From Macrostomum lignano (taxonomy: Eukaryota), in contig NIVC01003573.1 of NCBI GenBank assembly GCA_002269645.1, positions 26,544-90,543 of the forward strand: a DNA stretch of 64,000 nt, read 5' to 3'. Numbering within the stretch: position 1 is the first letter of the stretch; each line of letters opens with the position of its first letter. A program made the translations under genes and the position numbers. Positions 1 through 11,660 of the stretch are shown in pieces. Under the pieces are notes generated by a model. It worked only from the letters and a program-made list of their open reading frames with translations. It did no database searches and had not been told where the DNA came from.

Positions 1-124
1 GCGGCCGACACGACGGTGATTGTCGAGTATCCTCCGGGACTGCCGGCGACATCTGCGGCAGAGAGGCAGCTGATTCGGGGTCAGAATGTGACGGTTGTCT
101 GCGTGGCCAACGCGGAGAGTCCCG
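1..124 (+). CDS. IgSF cell-adhesion gene, exon A (5'-truncated by window edge); Ig domain start
   Basis: Frame 1 reads AADTTVIVEYPPGLP...GQNVTVVCVANAESP; donor G|GTGAGC at 125; joins in phase 1 to 2310 giving C-x-A...G-V-P-S-P-R-F-R-W, an Ig B/C-strand pattern. Confidence 0.75.
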
Positions 125-140
125 GTGAGCTGGGGGATGC

Positions 141-476
141 CTGAGTGACGGGGTGACTGAGTGACGGGGTGACTGAGTGACGGGGTGACTGAGTGACGGG
201 GTGACTGAGTGACGGGGTGACTGAGTGACGGGGTGACTGAGTGACGGGGTGACTGAGTGACGGGGTGACTGAGTGACGGGGTGACTGAGTGACGGGGTGA
301 CTGAGTGACGGGGTGACTGAGTGACGGGGTGACTGAGTGACGGGGTGACTGAGTGACGGGGTGACTGAGTGACGGGGTGACTGAGTGACGGGGTGACTGA
401 GTGCCAGGGTGACTGAGTGACGGGGTGACTGAGTGACGGGGTGACTGAGTGCCGGGTGACTGAGTGACGGGGTGAC
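141..476 (+). repeat. 16-bp minisatellite (GGGGTGACTGAGTGAC)n, ~21 copies
   Basis: Directly visible tandem array in intron A-B. Confidence 0.97.
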
Positions 477-480
477 ACTA

Positions 481-2289
481 TGAAAGAGTGACACGATGAA
501 AGAGTGACACGATGAAAGAGTGACACGATGAGAGAGTGACACGATGAAAGAGTGACACGATGAAAGAGTGACACGATGAAAGAGTGACACGATGAAAGAG
601 TGACACGATGAAAGAGTGACACGATGAAAGAGTGACACGATGAAAGAGTGACACGATGAAAGAGTGACACGATGAAAGAGTGACACGATGAAAGAGTGAC
701 ACGATGAAAGAGTGACACGATGAAAGAGTGACACGATGAAAGAGTGACACGATGAAAGAGTGACACGATGAAAGAGTGACACGATGAAAGAGTGACACGA
801 TGAAAGAGTGACACGATGAAAGAGTGACACGATGAAAGAGTGACACGATGAAAGAGTGACACGATGAAAGAGTGACACGATGAAAGAGTGACACGATGAA
901 AGAGTGACACGATGAAAGAGTGACACGATGAAAGAGTGACACGATGAGAGAGTGACACGATGAAAGAGTGACACGATGAAAGAGTGACACGATGAAAGAG
1001 TGACACGATGAAAGAGTGACACGATGAAAGAGTGACACGATGAAAGAGTGACACGATGAAAGAGTGACACGATGAAAGAGTGACACGATGAAAGAGTGAC
1101 ACGATGAAAGAGTGACACGATGAAAGAGTGACACGATGAAAGAGTGACACGATGAAAGAGTGACACGATGAAAGAGTGACACGATGAAAGAGTGACACGA
1201 TGAAAGAGTGACACGATGAAAGAGTGACACGATGAAAGAGTGACACGATGAAAGAGTGACACGATGAAAGAGTGACACGATGAAAGAGTGACACGATGAA
1301 AGAGTGACACGATGAAAGAGTGACACGATGAAAGAGTGACACGATGAAAGAGTGACACGATGAAAGAGTGACACGATGAAAGAGTGACACGATGAAAGAG
1401 TGACACGATGAAAGAGTGACACGATGAAAGAGTGACACGATGAAAGAGTGACACGATGAAAGAGTGACACGATGAAAGAGTGACACGATGAAAGAGTGAC
1501 ACGATGAAAGAGTGACACGATGAAAGAGTGACACGATGAAAGAGTGACACGATGAAAGAGTGACACGATGAAAGAGTGACACGATGAAAGAGTGACACGA
1601 TGAAAGAGTGACACGATGAAAGAGTGACACGATGAAAGAGTGACACGATGAAAGAGTGACACGATGAAAGAGTGACACGATGAAAGAGTGACACGATGAA
1701 AGAGTGACACGATGAAAGAGTGACACGATGAAAGAGTGACACGATGAAAGAGTGACACGATGAAAGAGTGACACGATGAAAGAGTGACACGATGAAAGAG
1801 TGACACGATGAAAGAGTGACACGATGAAAGAGTGACACGATGAAAGAGTGACACGATGAAAGAGTGACACGATGAAAGAGTGACACGATGAAAGAGTGAC
1901 ACGATGAAAGAGTGACACGATGAAAGAGTGACACGATGAAAGAGTGACACGATGAAAGAGTGACACGATGAAAGAGTGACACGATGAAAGAGTGACACGA
2001 TGAAAGAGTGACACGATGAAAGAGTGACACGATGAAAGAGTGACACGATGAAAGAGTGACACGATGAAAGAGTGACACGATGAAAGAGTGACACGATGAA
2101 AGAGTGACACGATGAAAGAGTGACACGATGAAAGAGTGACACGATGAAAGAGTGACACGATGAAAGAGTGACACGATGAAAGAGTGACACGATGAAAGAG
2201 TGACACGATGAAAGAGTGACACGATGAAAGAGTGACACGATGAAAGAGTGACACGATGAAAGAGTGACACGATGAAAGAGTGACACGAT
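481..2289 (+). repeat. 16-bp minisatellite (GATGAAAGAGTGACAC)n, ~113 near-perfect copies
   Basis: Directly visible; source of the spurious long minus-strand ORFs. Confidence 0.98.
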
Positions 2290-2309
2290 CCTGCACATCC
2301 CTCCGCCAG

Positions 2310-2679
2310 GCGTGCCGTCTCCCAGGTTTCGGTGGACCAAATCCGGCTCGCTATTCGAGTCAGCCGGACCGACCCTCGCCCTGGCAAACGTCTCCCTCTC
2401 CGACTCTGGCGTGTACTTTTGCACCCCTAGCAACGCCGCAGGCCACGGGCCAACTACGTCGATCAGCTTGGATGTGGAGCAGGCGCCTGAGTGGCTGGAG
2501 CCTCAGCCGCGCGAGACGAAATCGGCCTCGGTTACCGATTCGAAAGACTTCCGGTTGGTTTGCACTGCTCGAGCCAAACCGGAACCGAGTTTTGCTTGGT
2601 ACAAAGACGGCAAACTGATTCCAGCTGAGTGGTTCAGCGTCGAGACCAGCTCGGTTAGCGAGGACGCCGGATTGAGAGA
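2310..2679 (+). CDS. IgSF gene exon B (Ig domains)
   Basis: Acceptor CCGCCAG at 2303-2309; encodes DSGVYFC and VCTARAKPEPSFAWYKDG; donor GA|GTACGT at 2680. Confidence 0.85.
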
Positions 2680-2769
2680 GTACGTTAAAAACAATGGCGC
2701 GAGTTTAAATAGACACTTTTTCTTAGAAGTACTCACTGACGTCTGTATTTGGGTGCCATCTTGAGCGGC

Positions 2770-3440
2770 GCCAAAAAACTTTATCAGCGACGCCAAAACC
2801 CTTTATCAGCGACGCCAAAACCCTTAATCAGTGGCGCCAAAACCTTTTATCAGCGGCGCCAACCAAATTCCTTTATCCGCAGCGCTAAAACATTTTATTA
2901 GCGACGCCAAAACCCTTAATCAGCGACGCCAAAACTCTTTATCAGCGACGCCAAAAACCCTTTATCAGCGACGCCAAAACCCTTTATCAGCGATGCCAAA
3001 ACCCTTAATCAGTGGCGCCAAAACCTTTTATCAGCGGCGCCAAATTCCTTTATCCGCAGCGCAAAAACATTTTATTAGCGACGCCAAAACCCTTAATCAG
3101 CGACGCCAAAACTCTTTATCAGCGACGCCAAAACCCTTTATCAGCGACGCCAAAACTCTTTATCAGCGACGCCAAAACCTTTAATCAGTGGCGCCAAAAC
3201 CTTTTATCAGCGGCGCCAAATTCCTTTATCCGCAGCGCTAAAACATTTTATCAGCGGCGCCAAAACCCTTTATCCGCAGCGCCAAAACCTTTTATCAGCG
3301 GCGCCAAATTCCTTTATTCGCAGCGCTAAAACATTTTATTAGTGGCGCCAAAACCCTTTATCAAAGGCGCCAAAACCTTTTATCAGCGGCGTCAAATTCC
3401 TTTATCCGCAGCGCTAAAACATTTTATCAGTGGCGCCAAA
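2770..3440 (+). repeat. ~22-24-bp degenerate minisatellite (TTTATCAGCGACGCCAAAACCC-like)
   Basis: Visible tandem array in intron B-C. Confidence 0.92.
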
Positions 3441-3549
3441 GTAACCACCAATGGGTCCAAAAAAATTAGTAGATTTCTAATACGTCCCAAGTTTCTTAAC
3501 CATTTCATACACTAATGAATCATCTCTGTCAATCATTGTCTATGCTCAG

Positions 3550-3692
3550 GTACCGCACCGTAAGCTACCTGAATTTTCGAGGCGCCCAACGAACCAACGG
3601 TCAGCTCAGGCCCGAGGACAATGGCCGGTACCTGTGCGAGGCCAGCAATAGGAGGGGCAAAATCTCTGCCAGGATTCCACTTGTTGTGGAAT
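3550..3692 (+). CDS. IgSF gene exon C (Ig domain C-terminal half, echinoid/nephrin-like)
   Basis: Acceptor CTCAG; YRTVSYLNFRGAQRTNGQLRPEDNGRYLCEASNRRG contains the DxGxYxC motif; phase 2 in, phase 1 out (T|GTGAGA). Confidence 0.85.
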
Positions 3693-3719
3693 GTGAGAGT
3701 CGCTTCGGTGTTTTCCTGG

Positions 3720-4526
3720 CTTATCTACCGTCACTCTACCTTTATCTACCGTGATTCTACCTTTATCTACCGTAACTCTACTTTTATCTACTGTCACTCT
3801 ACCTTTATCTATCGTAACTATACTTTTATCTACCGTCACTCTACCTTTATCTACCGTAACTCTACCTTATCTACCGTCACTCCAACTTTATCTAACGTCA
3901 ATCTACCTTTATCTACCATCACCCTATCTTTACCTACCGTCACTCTACCTTATCTACCGTCACTCTACCTTATCTACCGTCACTCTACCTTTATCTACCG
4001 TGATTCTACCTTTATCTACCGTAACTCTACTTTTATCTACTGTCACTCTACCTTTATCTACCGTAACTATACTTTTATCTACCGTCACTCTACCTTTATC
4101 TACCGTAACTCTACCTTATCTACCGTCACTCCACCTTTATCTAACGTCAATCTACCTTTATCTACCATCACCCTATCTTTACCTACCGTCACTCTACCTT
4201 ATCTACCGTCACTCTACCTTTATCTAACGTCAATTCTTTTATCTACCATCACCCTACCTTTACCTACCGTCACTCTACCTTATCTACCGTCACTCCACTT
4301 TTATCTAACGTCAATCTACCTTTATCTACCGTCACTCTACCTTTATCTAACGTCAATCTACCTTATCTACCATCACCCTACCTTTACCTACCGTCACTCT
4401 ACCTTATCTACCGTCACTCCACCTTTATCTACCGTCGCTCTACCTTTATCTCACGTCACTCTACTTTATCTACTGTCACTCCACCTTTATCTAACGTCAC
4501 TCTACCTTATCTACCGTCACTCTACC
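3720..4526 (+). repeat. ~20-bp pyrimidine-rich minisatellite (TTATCTACCGTCACTCTACC-like)
   Basis: Visible array with internal block duplication; runs up to the exon D acceptor. Confidence 0.92.
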
Positions 4527-4532
4527 CCACAG

Positions 4533-5050
4533 TCAAACCGCAGATCGCCCCAGTGGAAACAAAAATCGCCAAGCCAGAGGGCACATCGGTGGACTTCACC
4601 TGCCCTATTCTGGCCCAGCCTCGGCCCACCATCACCTGGCAACTCGCTCTGCCAACCGGCGAGACTAAAAGGGTGGACACCTCAGCTCGATTTGAGTCGG
4701 ACTCAGCCATACCCTACAGATACCTGAGCCATCTGGAACGAGTTCCCGATCTGGGAATTTACACCTGCCTAGCAACCAACCGTTTAGGCAGTGCTCAAAT
4801 TAATTTTCGAGTTCTAGCCCCAACGGTACCCGATCCGCCGACCGAGTTGCGTGTGACTTCATCCGGATGGGACTTTGTAACGTTGAGCTGGTCGACGGCG
4901 TTCTCAGGCGGAAGTCCCGTGCAGTACTGGAGTCGGGTGCTGACTAAGGACCGAGCCACCGGCCAGGTCAGGACCAGCACGAGACGTTGCGACACCTCGA
5001 CTTTGACTAACATCACTGGATTGTTGCCGGGAACAAATTATACGATTCAG
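4533..5050 (+). CDS. IgSF gene exon D (Ig domain plus FN3 start)
   Basis: Acceptor CCCCACAG; FTC...ITW...DLGIYTCLATNRLG then PDPPTELRV...LSW...LLPGTNYTIQ (FN3 signature); donor CAG|GTTTGT. Confidence 0.88.
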
Positions 5051-5159
5051 GTTTGTGTTCTGACTTGGTTTTAATTCCTCTGATTTCGAAATTCGATTAG
5101 CAAACATTTGCAAGTACTCGAAAAATTCACAAGAGCTCAAAAATGCAAAAAACGAAAAA

Positions 5160-5700
5160 CTTCCCAAGCTTGAAGCTTCCCAACCTCGAAGCTTCCCAAC
5201 CTCGAAGCTTCCCAAACTCGAAGCTTCCCAAACTCGAAACTTTCAACCTATCGAGCTCAAAACTTCTCAATCTCGAAACTTCCCAAACTCGAAACTTCCC
5301 AAGCTTGAAACTTCCCAAGCTCGAAACTTCTTAAGTTCGAAACTTCCCAACTCGTAACTTCCCAAGCTCGAAACTTCCCAAGCTCGAAACTTCCCAAGCT
5401 CGAAATATCCCAAGCTCGAAACATCCCAAGCTCGAAACATCCCAAGCTCGAAACTTCCCAAGCTCGAAACTTCCCAAGCTTGAAACTTCTTAAGTTCGAA
5501 ACTTCCCAAACTCATAACTTCCCAAGCTCGAAACTTCCCAAACTCGAAACTTCCCAATCTCGAAACTTCCCAAACTCGAAACTTCCCAAGCTCGTAACTT
5601 CCCAAGCTCGAAGCTTCCCAAGCTTGAAACTTCCCAAGCTCGAAGCTTCCCAAACTCGAAACTTCCCAAACTCAAAAATTCACAAGCTCGAAACTTCACA
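5160..5700 (+). repeat. 16-bp minisatellite (TTCCCAAGCTCGAAAC)n
   Basis: Visible tandem array in intron D-E. Confidence 0.93.
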
Positions 5701-5744
5701 CGAGGGGGACTCGAACCAAGGTGAAACCTTAATCACCCCTCCAG

Positions 5745-6078
5745 ATCTACGGTCTAAACAGCCTCGGCCAGAGCAACTACAGCACAGCGATAAGCCAGGT
5801 GACAGCCAGTCTGTCACTGCCCAAGCCAACCAAAGTTGAGCTGACTGAAGACGGCACAAAATTGTCAATCACTCTGCAACATACTGCTGACTACTGTTTG
5901 AGAATTGAATCTTCGGACGATTCTGGAACATCTTGGTCGCTGTACCAGTACTGCTTGGCCATCGAAGACTCCACTAGCATCATCTCGGGCATTAATAAGA
6001 ACTTGCTCTACAGAGTGTCCGTCTGTTTAACCGCTAGAGAAGAAGTCTGCGGTTTGTCTACCTTGTCTACTGGAAGTA
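5745..6078 (+). CDS. IgSF gene exon E (FN3 end plus second FN3-like module)
   Basis: Acceptor CCTCCAG; IYGLNSLGQSNYS completes the FN3 in phase 0; donor A|GTGAGT at 6079. Confidence 0.8.
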
Positions 6079-6189
6079 GTGAGTAAAGCGACTTTAGTGT
6101 TTTTATCTTGTCGACAAAAAACGTTTCAAGGGTACAAGCGTGTTTCATAAATAACCAATTTTTTCTTGCAATTTTAAAATGGACGCTAG

Positions 6190-6390
6190 TCTGTGAAGAG
6201 TTGCTTGATATCTGTGTGAAGATTTGTTTGAGATCTGTTTGAAGACTTTCGTTTGAGGTCTGTGAAGACTTCTTTGAGGTCTGTGAAGACTTGCTTGAGG
6301 TCTGTGTGAAGACTTGCTTGAGGTCTGTGAAGACTTGCTTGAGGTCTGTGAAGAGAAGCCTGAGGTCCGTGTAGACTTGCTTGAGATCTG
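6190..6390 (+). repeat. ~21-23-bp degenerate repeat (GTGAAGACTTGCTTGAGGTCT)
   Basis: Several degenerate tandem copies. Confidence 0.8.
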
Positions 6391-6989
6391 GAAAGACTGA
6401 GTGAAACCGTGAATATCGGGTTCGAGTGATTTCTATTGCACCAAAATTCACCAGTAAATTTAGCAAAATCATAACTTAATACGACAAAAGCATATGGTCA
6501 CAAGCATGGCATAGACACAGCCCAACCCTGACCTGTCAACTAATATTATTAATCTATTTTAATCCATTATAATAACTAATGCCCTTTGAATGCTATACCC
6601 TCAAAATTCACCCACCCCCCAAAAATCCTCCACGTGACTAGGACAGTTTAAATATTCAAGCTTTTGTTAAAATGAATCAGTCAGTGAGCTCTTAGATGAA
6701 GCTGCGGGATCTTCCACTTCCACTTCCTGAGATTGTGAGTCTGGAGCTGGTGAGCAGAGTCAGAGTGGTGCATCAGATCACACTGCTTCACACAGTCACT
6801 ACGCTTTTTGACTCTTTTTTTAACAATCCACTTGAGACAGCTTGAAGTGGTGCTGCGATACTGTCATATAGTGACACATCTTTCAGATCAAAAGTTGGGT
6901 TTTGAAAGAGTTCGAAATGAAATAGTTAAATCATAAAAATTATTTTGTTGTAAACGAGTTGAATTCTAGATCAAACAAACCAGTGAATA

Positions 6990-7600
6990 GTGAGATTAAT
7001 TGGGTCATAAAATCCGTTAGATAATGAGATGAGTTGGGTCTTAAATTTGAGATATTGAGATGAATTGGGTCATAAAATCCTTTAGATAATGAGATGAGTT
7101 GGGTCTTAAATTTGAGATATTGAGATGAATTGGGTCATAAAATCCTTTAGATAATGAGATGAGTTGGGTCTTAAAATTCTTTGGATAATGAGATGAATTG
7201 GGTCATAAAATCCGTTAGATAACGAGATGAGTTGGGTCTTAAATTTGAGATATTGAGATGAATTGGGTCATAAAATCCGTTAGATAATGAGATGAGTTGG
7301 GTCTTAAATTTGAGATATTGAGATGAATTGGGTCATAAAATCCGTTAGATAATGAGATGAGTTGGGTCTTAAAATTCTTTGGATAATGAGATGAATTGGG
7401 TCATAAAATCCGTTAGATAACGAGATGAGTTGGGTCTTAAATTTGAGATATTGAGATGAATTGGGTAATAAAATCCAGTTAATAGTGAGATGAGTTGAGT
7501 CATAAAATCCTTCAGATAATGAGTTGAGTTGGGTCATAAAATCCTTTAGATAACGAGATGAATTGGGTCATAAAATCCAGTGAATAATGAGATGATTTGG
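6990..7600 (+). repeat. ~31-34-bp two-variant minisatellite (GGGTCATAAAATCC..AGATAATGAGATGAGTT)
   Basis: Visible array with alternating variants. Confidence 0.9.
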
Positions 7601-7959
7601 GCTTAACTGCAATAGAAAAGATGATTCAGCATTCAGTGTCATTCACTCAACTGTTGCCCTTGGTATTGGCCCACCTGGCTCTACAAAATTTCTTAGAAAA
7701 CCGTTACGCCTCAGAATGCATGCACATCTGTCTCTGCTTGCTGATTGGCTGAAACTGAGATATCGCTGACCAAGGTTTGATTTTATAACTCACTCATCGC
7801 CTCTCCTTTCCTGCTAATGCTTTGCCAAGCGTTTTCTAATCAAACAGTGACGCTTCAACTTAAAAAAAAGTAAGTTGTGTTGCATCTTGATAAAATGCTA
7901 ATTAAGCTAGCGATTGAGATAATTTTTATAAGTTTTTTAAGGACTTCAGTCTGCCCTGA

Positions 7960-8365
7960 CACACCCATTCTAGAGCTCCTGACATCTCCTGACACCCGTT
8001 CTAGAGCTCCTGACACCTATTCTAGAGCTCCTGACATCTCCTGACACCCGTTCTAGAGCTCCTGACACCTATTCTAGAGCTCCTGACATCTCCTGACACC
8101 CGTTCTAGAGCTCCTGACACCTATTCTAGAGCTCCTGACATCTCCTGACACCCGTTCTAGAGCTCCTGACACCTATTCTAGAGCTCCTGACATCTCCTGA
8201 CACCCGTTCTAGAGCTCTTCACATCTCCTGACACCCGTTCTAGAGCTCCTGACACCCGTTCTAGAGCTCCTGACACCTATTCTAGAGCTCCTGACATCTC
8301 CTGACAACCATTCTAGAGCTCTAACAGCTCCTGACAACCATTTTAGAGCTCTAACAGCCCCTGAG
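7960..8365 (+). repeat. Minisatellite (TTCTAGAGCTCCTGACA...) with ~20/31-bp alternating units
   Basis: Visible tandem array. Confidence 0.9.
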
Positions 8366-8885
8366 ACCCCCTCACGCCCTTGTCTACCATTCTGAGCAAT
8401 TATTTGCATAAGCTGCAGCTTCCGTTACCTTCCTAGCTTTGGCCAACGTCACTGCAAACTCGCTTTGCAACGCTTTTCTGCTTCCCTCTTTTGTATCTCC
8501 CCTCGCATCTCCCTCCTCTTTATCTAAACCGTCTCCCTGGCCTCATTTGTCTTTTCTTGTTGCCTCGGAGGGAATAATACTGTTCCATCGCGTGTGCCTA
8601 TGAGCAGTTCCATTATTTTTTCTTTACCTCGACCATACTGGCAGATAAAATCTGCTGATTTTTCGACTTGGTTACAGACCCGCCAGTTTCTTCAAGGCCT
8701 TGCATGACTTTCGTCCATTCATTGCCAATCTTTTCTTACCTATCTCTTTTTCCTACAGACCAATTATTATGATCGATTCTACCTATAAACTGGCGAGTCA
8801 TCTGGGCTTAGTCATGGACTGCTAGGAGTTACTCTTATCTGGATTGGAAACTAGTCATGGACTGCTAAGAATTTGCTTATCCTTT

Positions 8886-9603
8886 CTTTCATCGTGTCAC
8901 TCTTTCATCGTGTCACTCTTTCATCGTGTCACTCTTTCATCGTGTCACTCTTTCATCGTGTCACTCTTTCATCGTGTCACTCTTTCATCGTGTCACTCTT
9001 TCATCGTGTCACTCTTTCATCGTGTCACTCTTTCATCGTGTCACTCTTTCATCGTGTCACTCTTTCATCGTGTCACTCTTTCATCGTGTCACTCTTTCAT
9101 CGTGTCACTCTTTCATCGTGTCACTCTTTCATCGTGTCACTCTTTCATCGTGTCACTCTTTCATCGTGTCACTCTTTCATCGTGTCACTCTTTCATCGTG
9201 TCACTCTTTCATCGTGTCACTCTTTCATCGTGTCACTCTTTCATCGTGTCACTCTTTCATCGTGTCACTCTTTCATCGTGTCACTCTTTCATCGTGTCAC
9301 TCTTTCATCGTGTCACTCTTTCATCGTGTCACTCTTTCATCGTGTCACTCTTTCATCGTGTCACTCTTTCATCGTGTCGCTCTTTCATCGTGTCACTCTT
9401 TCATCGTGTCACTCTTTCATCGTGTCACTCTTTCATCGTGTCACTCTTTCATCGTGTCACTCTCTCATCGTATCACTCTTTCATCGTGTCACTCTTTCAT
9501 CGTGTCACTCTTTCATCGTGTCACTCTTTCATCGTGTCACTCTTTCATCGTGTCACTCTTTCATCGTGTCACTCTTTCATCGTGTCACTCTTTCATCGTG
9601 TCA
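8886..9603 (-). repeat. Inverted copy of the 16-bp (GATGAAAGAGTGACAC)n satellite, ~45 copies
   Basis: Unit TCATCGTGTCACTCTT is the exact reverse complement of the 481-2289 unit. Confidence 0.97.
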
Positions 9604-9680
9604 TTCTTTCACCTTCAAGGGCGCTAATTGCACGATCAGAGCCAAGCCGAGATTCCCATTTCGTAGCTCCAAATCAATAT

Positions 9681-9753
9681 GACTGCATTTGGAATCGAAC
9701 CTGGGCCGCTGGCACATCAGAGCTTCGCACCAGACCACTGGGCTACGGCTCCC
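9681..9753 (-). mobile_element. tRNA-derived SINE-like head or tRNA pseudogene
   Basis: Minus strand GGAGCCGTAGCCCAGTGG (A box) ... GGTTCGATTCC (B box) at tRNA-like spacing; acceptor and anticodon stems do not pair. Confidence 0.5.
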
Positions 9754-10322
9754 TGTCTATGTCACCATCCTGAATAATAGACAGGATAGAAGCTGCCCCT
9801 CTCGATAGCAGCTGGTCTCCCAGACAGAAGAAAAAGCTCCGTAAAATAAAAAGACGGCAAAGGAATCGTTCGTTTCGTTAAAAATTCCGTTTTTTATTTT
9901 CACGAAAATGATCTGTCGCGGAGGCGATTACGTAACTATCTGGAGTTACATAATTCCCAGCCGTGGAGAGACTTACTTTGTCGCCTTTCTAAGAAAAAAT
10001 CCGAAAGCCCGGAAAGCCTGGAGAAAAACCGTGAGAGTGGCTCGGAGTCACTTTTTAGCCAGCTTTTCGCTTCATTCTACTGTTTGCTTGTCGGCACCCC
10101 AAAGCGTTCCGCCATTTTTACTTAAGCAACCAAAGACCTTGCGCTGACCACTTCGTCCTGTTTGACTTGCGCTGGAGACTCAAACAGATTTTCTCCTTCC
10201 AAACCACTTCAGAATCCCCTGCATCAGTTTGAGGGCTTGTTTGTCCAGGCTGGGCTGCTGGCCTTGTTGACTCTGTGTGACCGCCCCAGCGCTGGGTGTC
10301 CCTCTTCCCATCTCGCTCGGCA

Positions 10323-11320
10323 TCTCTCCCTCTCTCCCTCCCTCTCTCCCTTTATCCCTCTCTCTCCCTCTCTCCCTCCCTCTCTCCCTTTATCCCTCTC
10401 TCTCCCTCTCTCCCTCCCTCTCTCCCTTTATCCCTCTCTCTCCCTCTCTCCCTCCCTCTCTCCCTTTATCCCTCTCTCTCCCTCTCTCCCTTTCTATCCC
10501 TCTCTCTCCCTCTCCCTCTCTCACCCTCTCTCCCTCTCACTCTCTCCCTCTCTATCCCTCTCTCTCTCCCTCTCTCCCTCTCTATCCCTCTCTCTCCCTC
10601 TCTCCGTCTCTATCCCTCTCTCTTACTCTCTCCTTCTCAATCCCTCTCTCTCCCTCTCTCTCCCTCTCTCCCTCTCACTCTCTCCCTCTCTATCCCTCTC
10701 TCTCCCTCTCTCCCTCTCTATCCCTCTCTCTCCCTCTCTCCGTCTCTATCCCTCTCTCTTACTCTCTCCTTCTCAATCCCTCTCTATCCCTCTCTCCCTC
10801 TCTCACTCTCTCACTCTCCCCCTCTCTCCCTCTCTCCCTCTCTATCCCTCTCTCTCCCTCTCCCTCTTTCCCTCTCTCCCTCTCTATCCCTCTCTCTCCC
10901 TCTCCCTCTCTCACCCTCTCTCCCTCTCACTCTCTCCCTCTCTATCCCTCTCTCTCCCTCTCTCCCTCTCTATCCCTCTCTCTCCCTCTCTCCGTCTCTA
11001 TCCCTCTCTCTTACTCTCTCCTTCTCAATCCCTCTCTCTCCCTCTCTCCCTCTCTCACTCTCTCACTCTCCCCTCTCTCCCTCTCTCCCTCTCTCCCTCT
11101 CTCCCTCTCTCCCTCTCTCCCTCTCTCCCTCTATCCCTCTCTCTCCTTCTCTTCCTCTCTCTTTCATTCTCTCCATCTCTATCCCTCTCTCCCTCTCTTC
11201 CTCTCTTCACTATCTCCCTCTCTCTGTCCCTTCTCTCCCTCTGTCTCACTCTCTCCTCTCTCCCCGTCTCTCCCCCTCTCCCTCTCTTTCTCTTCCTACT
11301 CCGTCACCCAGTCTCTCTCC
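10323..11320 (+). repeat. (CT)-rich complex microsatellite; PLE target tract
   Basis: CTCTCTCC/TATCC low-complexity tract. Confidence 0.95.
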
Positions 11321-11660
11321 TCTAGCCCTAAACTGCAACTAATCATCAAACGCTCACAGTAGTCAAGCAATCAGTCAGCATCAATTCCCTGGCTAATCAA
11401 CCCTGAGGCAATTTAGAAATTTCATTCAAGAGAAAACTTCACCTTTTCGACTCAAATGATGCTGCATAGGAGCAAAGGTAATTTTTAATTGGCGTTACGC
11501 AATAAAGGTTAAGGAGGTTGCTTGAGTCAACTGCCTTGTTAGTAGATCGGATATCTAAAAAAATTCTTAAATTCTTAACTTTCTTCATTTAGTCACTAAG
11601 GCAGTTTTGGGACTAAAGTCTCCATAAAAGCAGGAGCTTCCTAAATTAAAGATGTCAATT

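Noticed and set aside
81-2433. 768-aa and 651-aa minus-strand ORFs
   Set aside because: Translations of a 16-bp satellite lacking stop codons on that strand; all frames give the same periodic peptide.
5707-5717. B-box-like GGTTCGAGTCC on the minus strand
   Set aside because: No convincing A box or cloverleaf; lies at the degenerate end of a TCGAA-containing minisatellite.
9681-9753. Functional tRNA gene
   Set aside because: Acceptor, anticodon and T stems do not pair; kept only as SINE-like.
8844-11362. Several 230-390 aa plus-strand ORFs
   Set aside because: They arise from the 16-mer array and the CT microsatellite.
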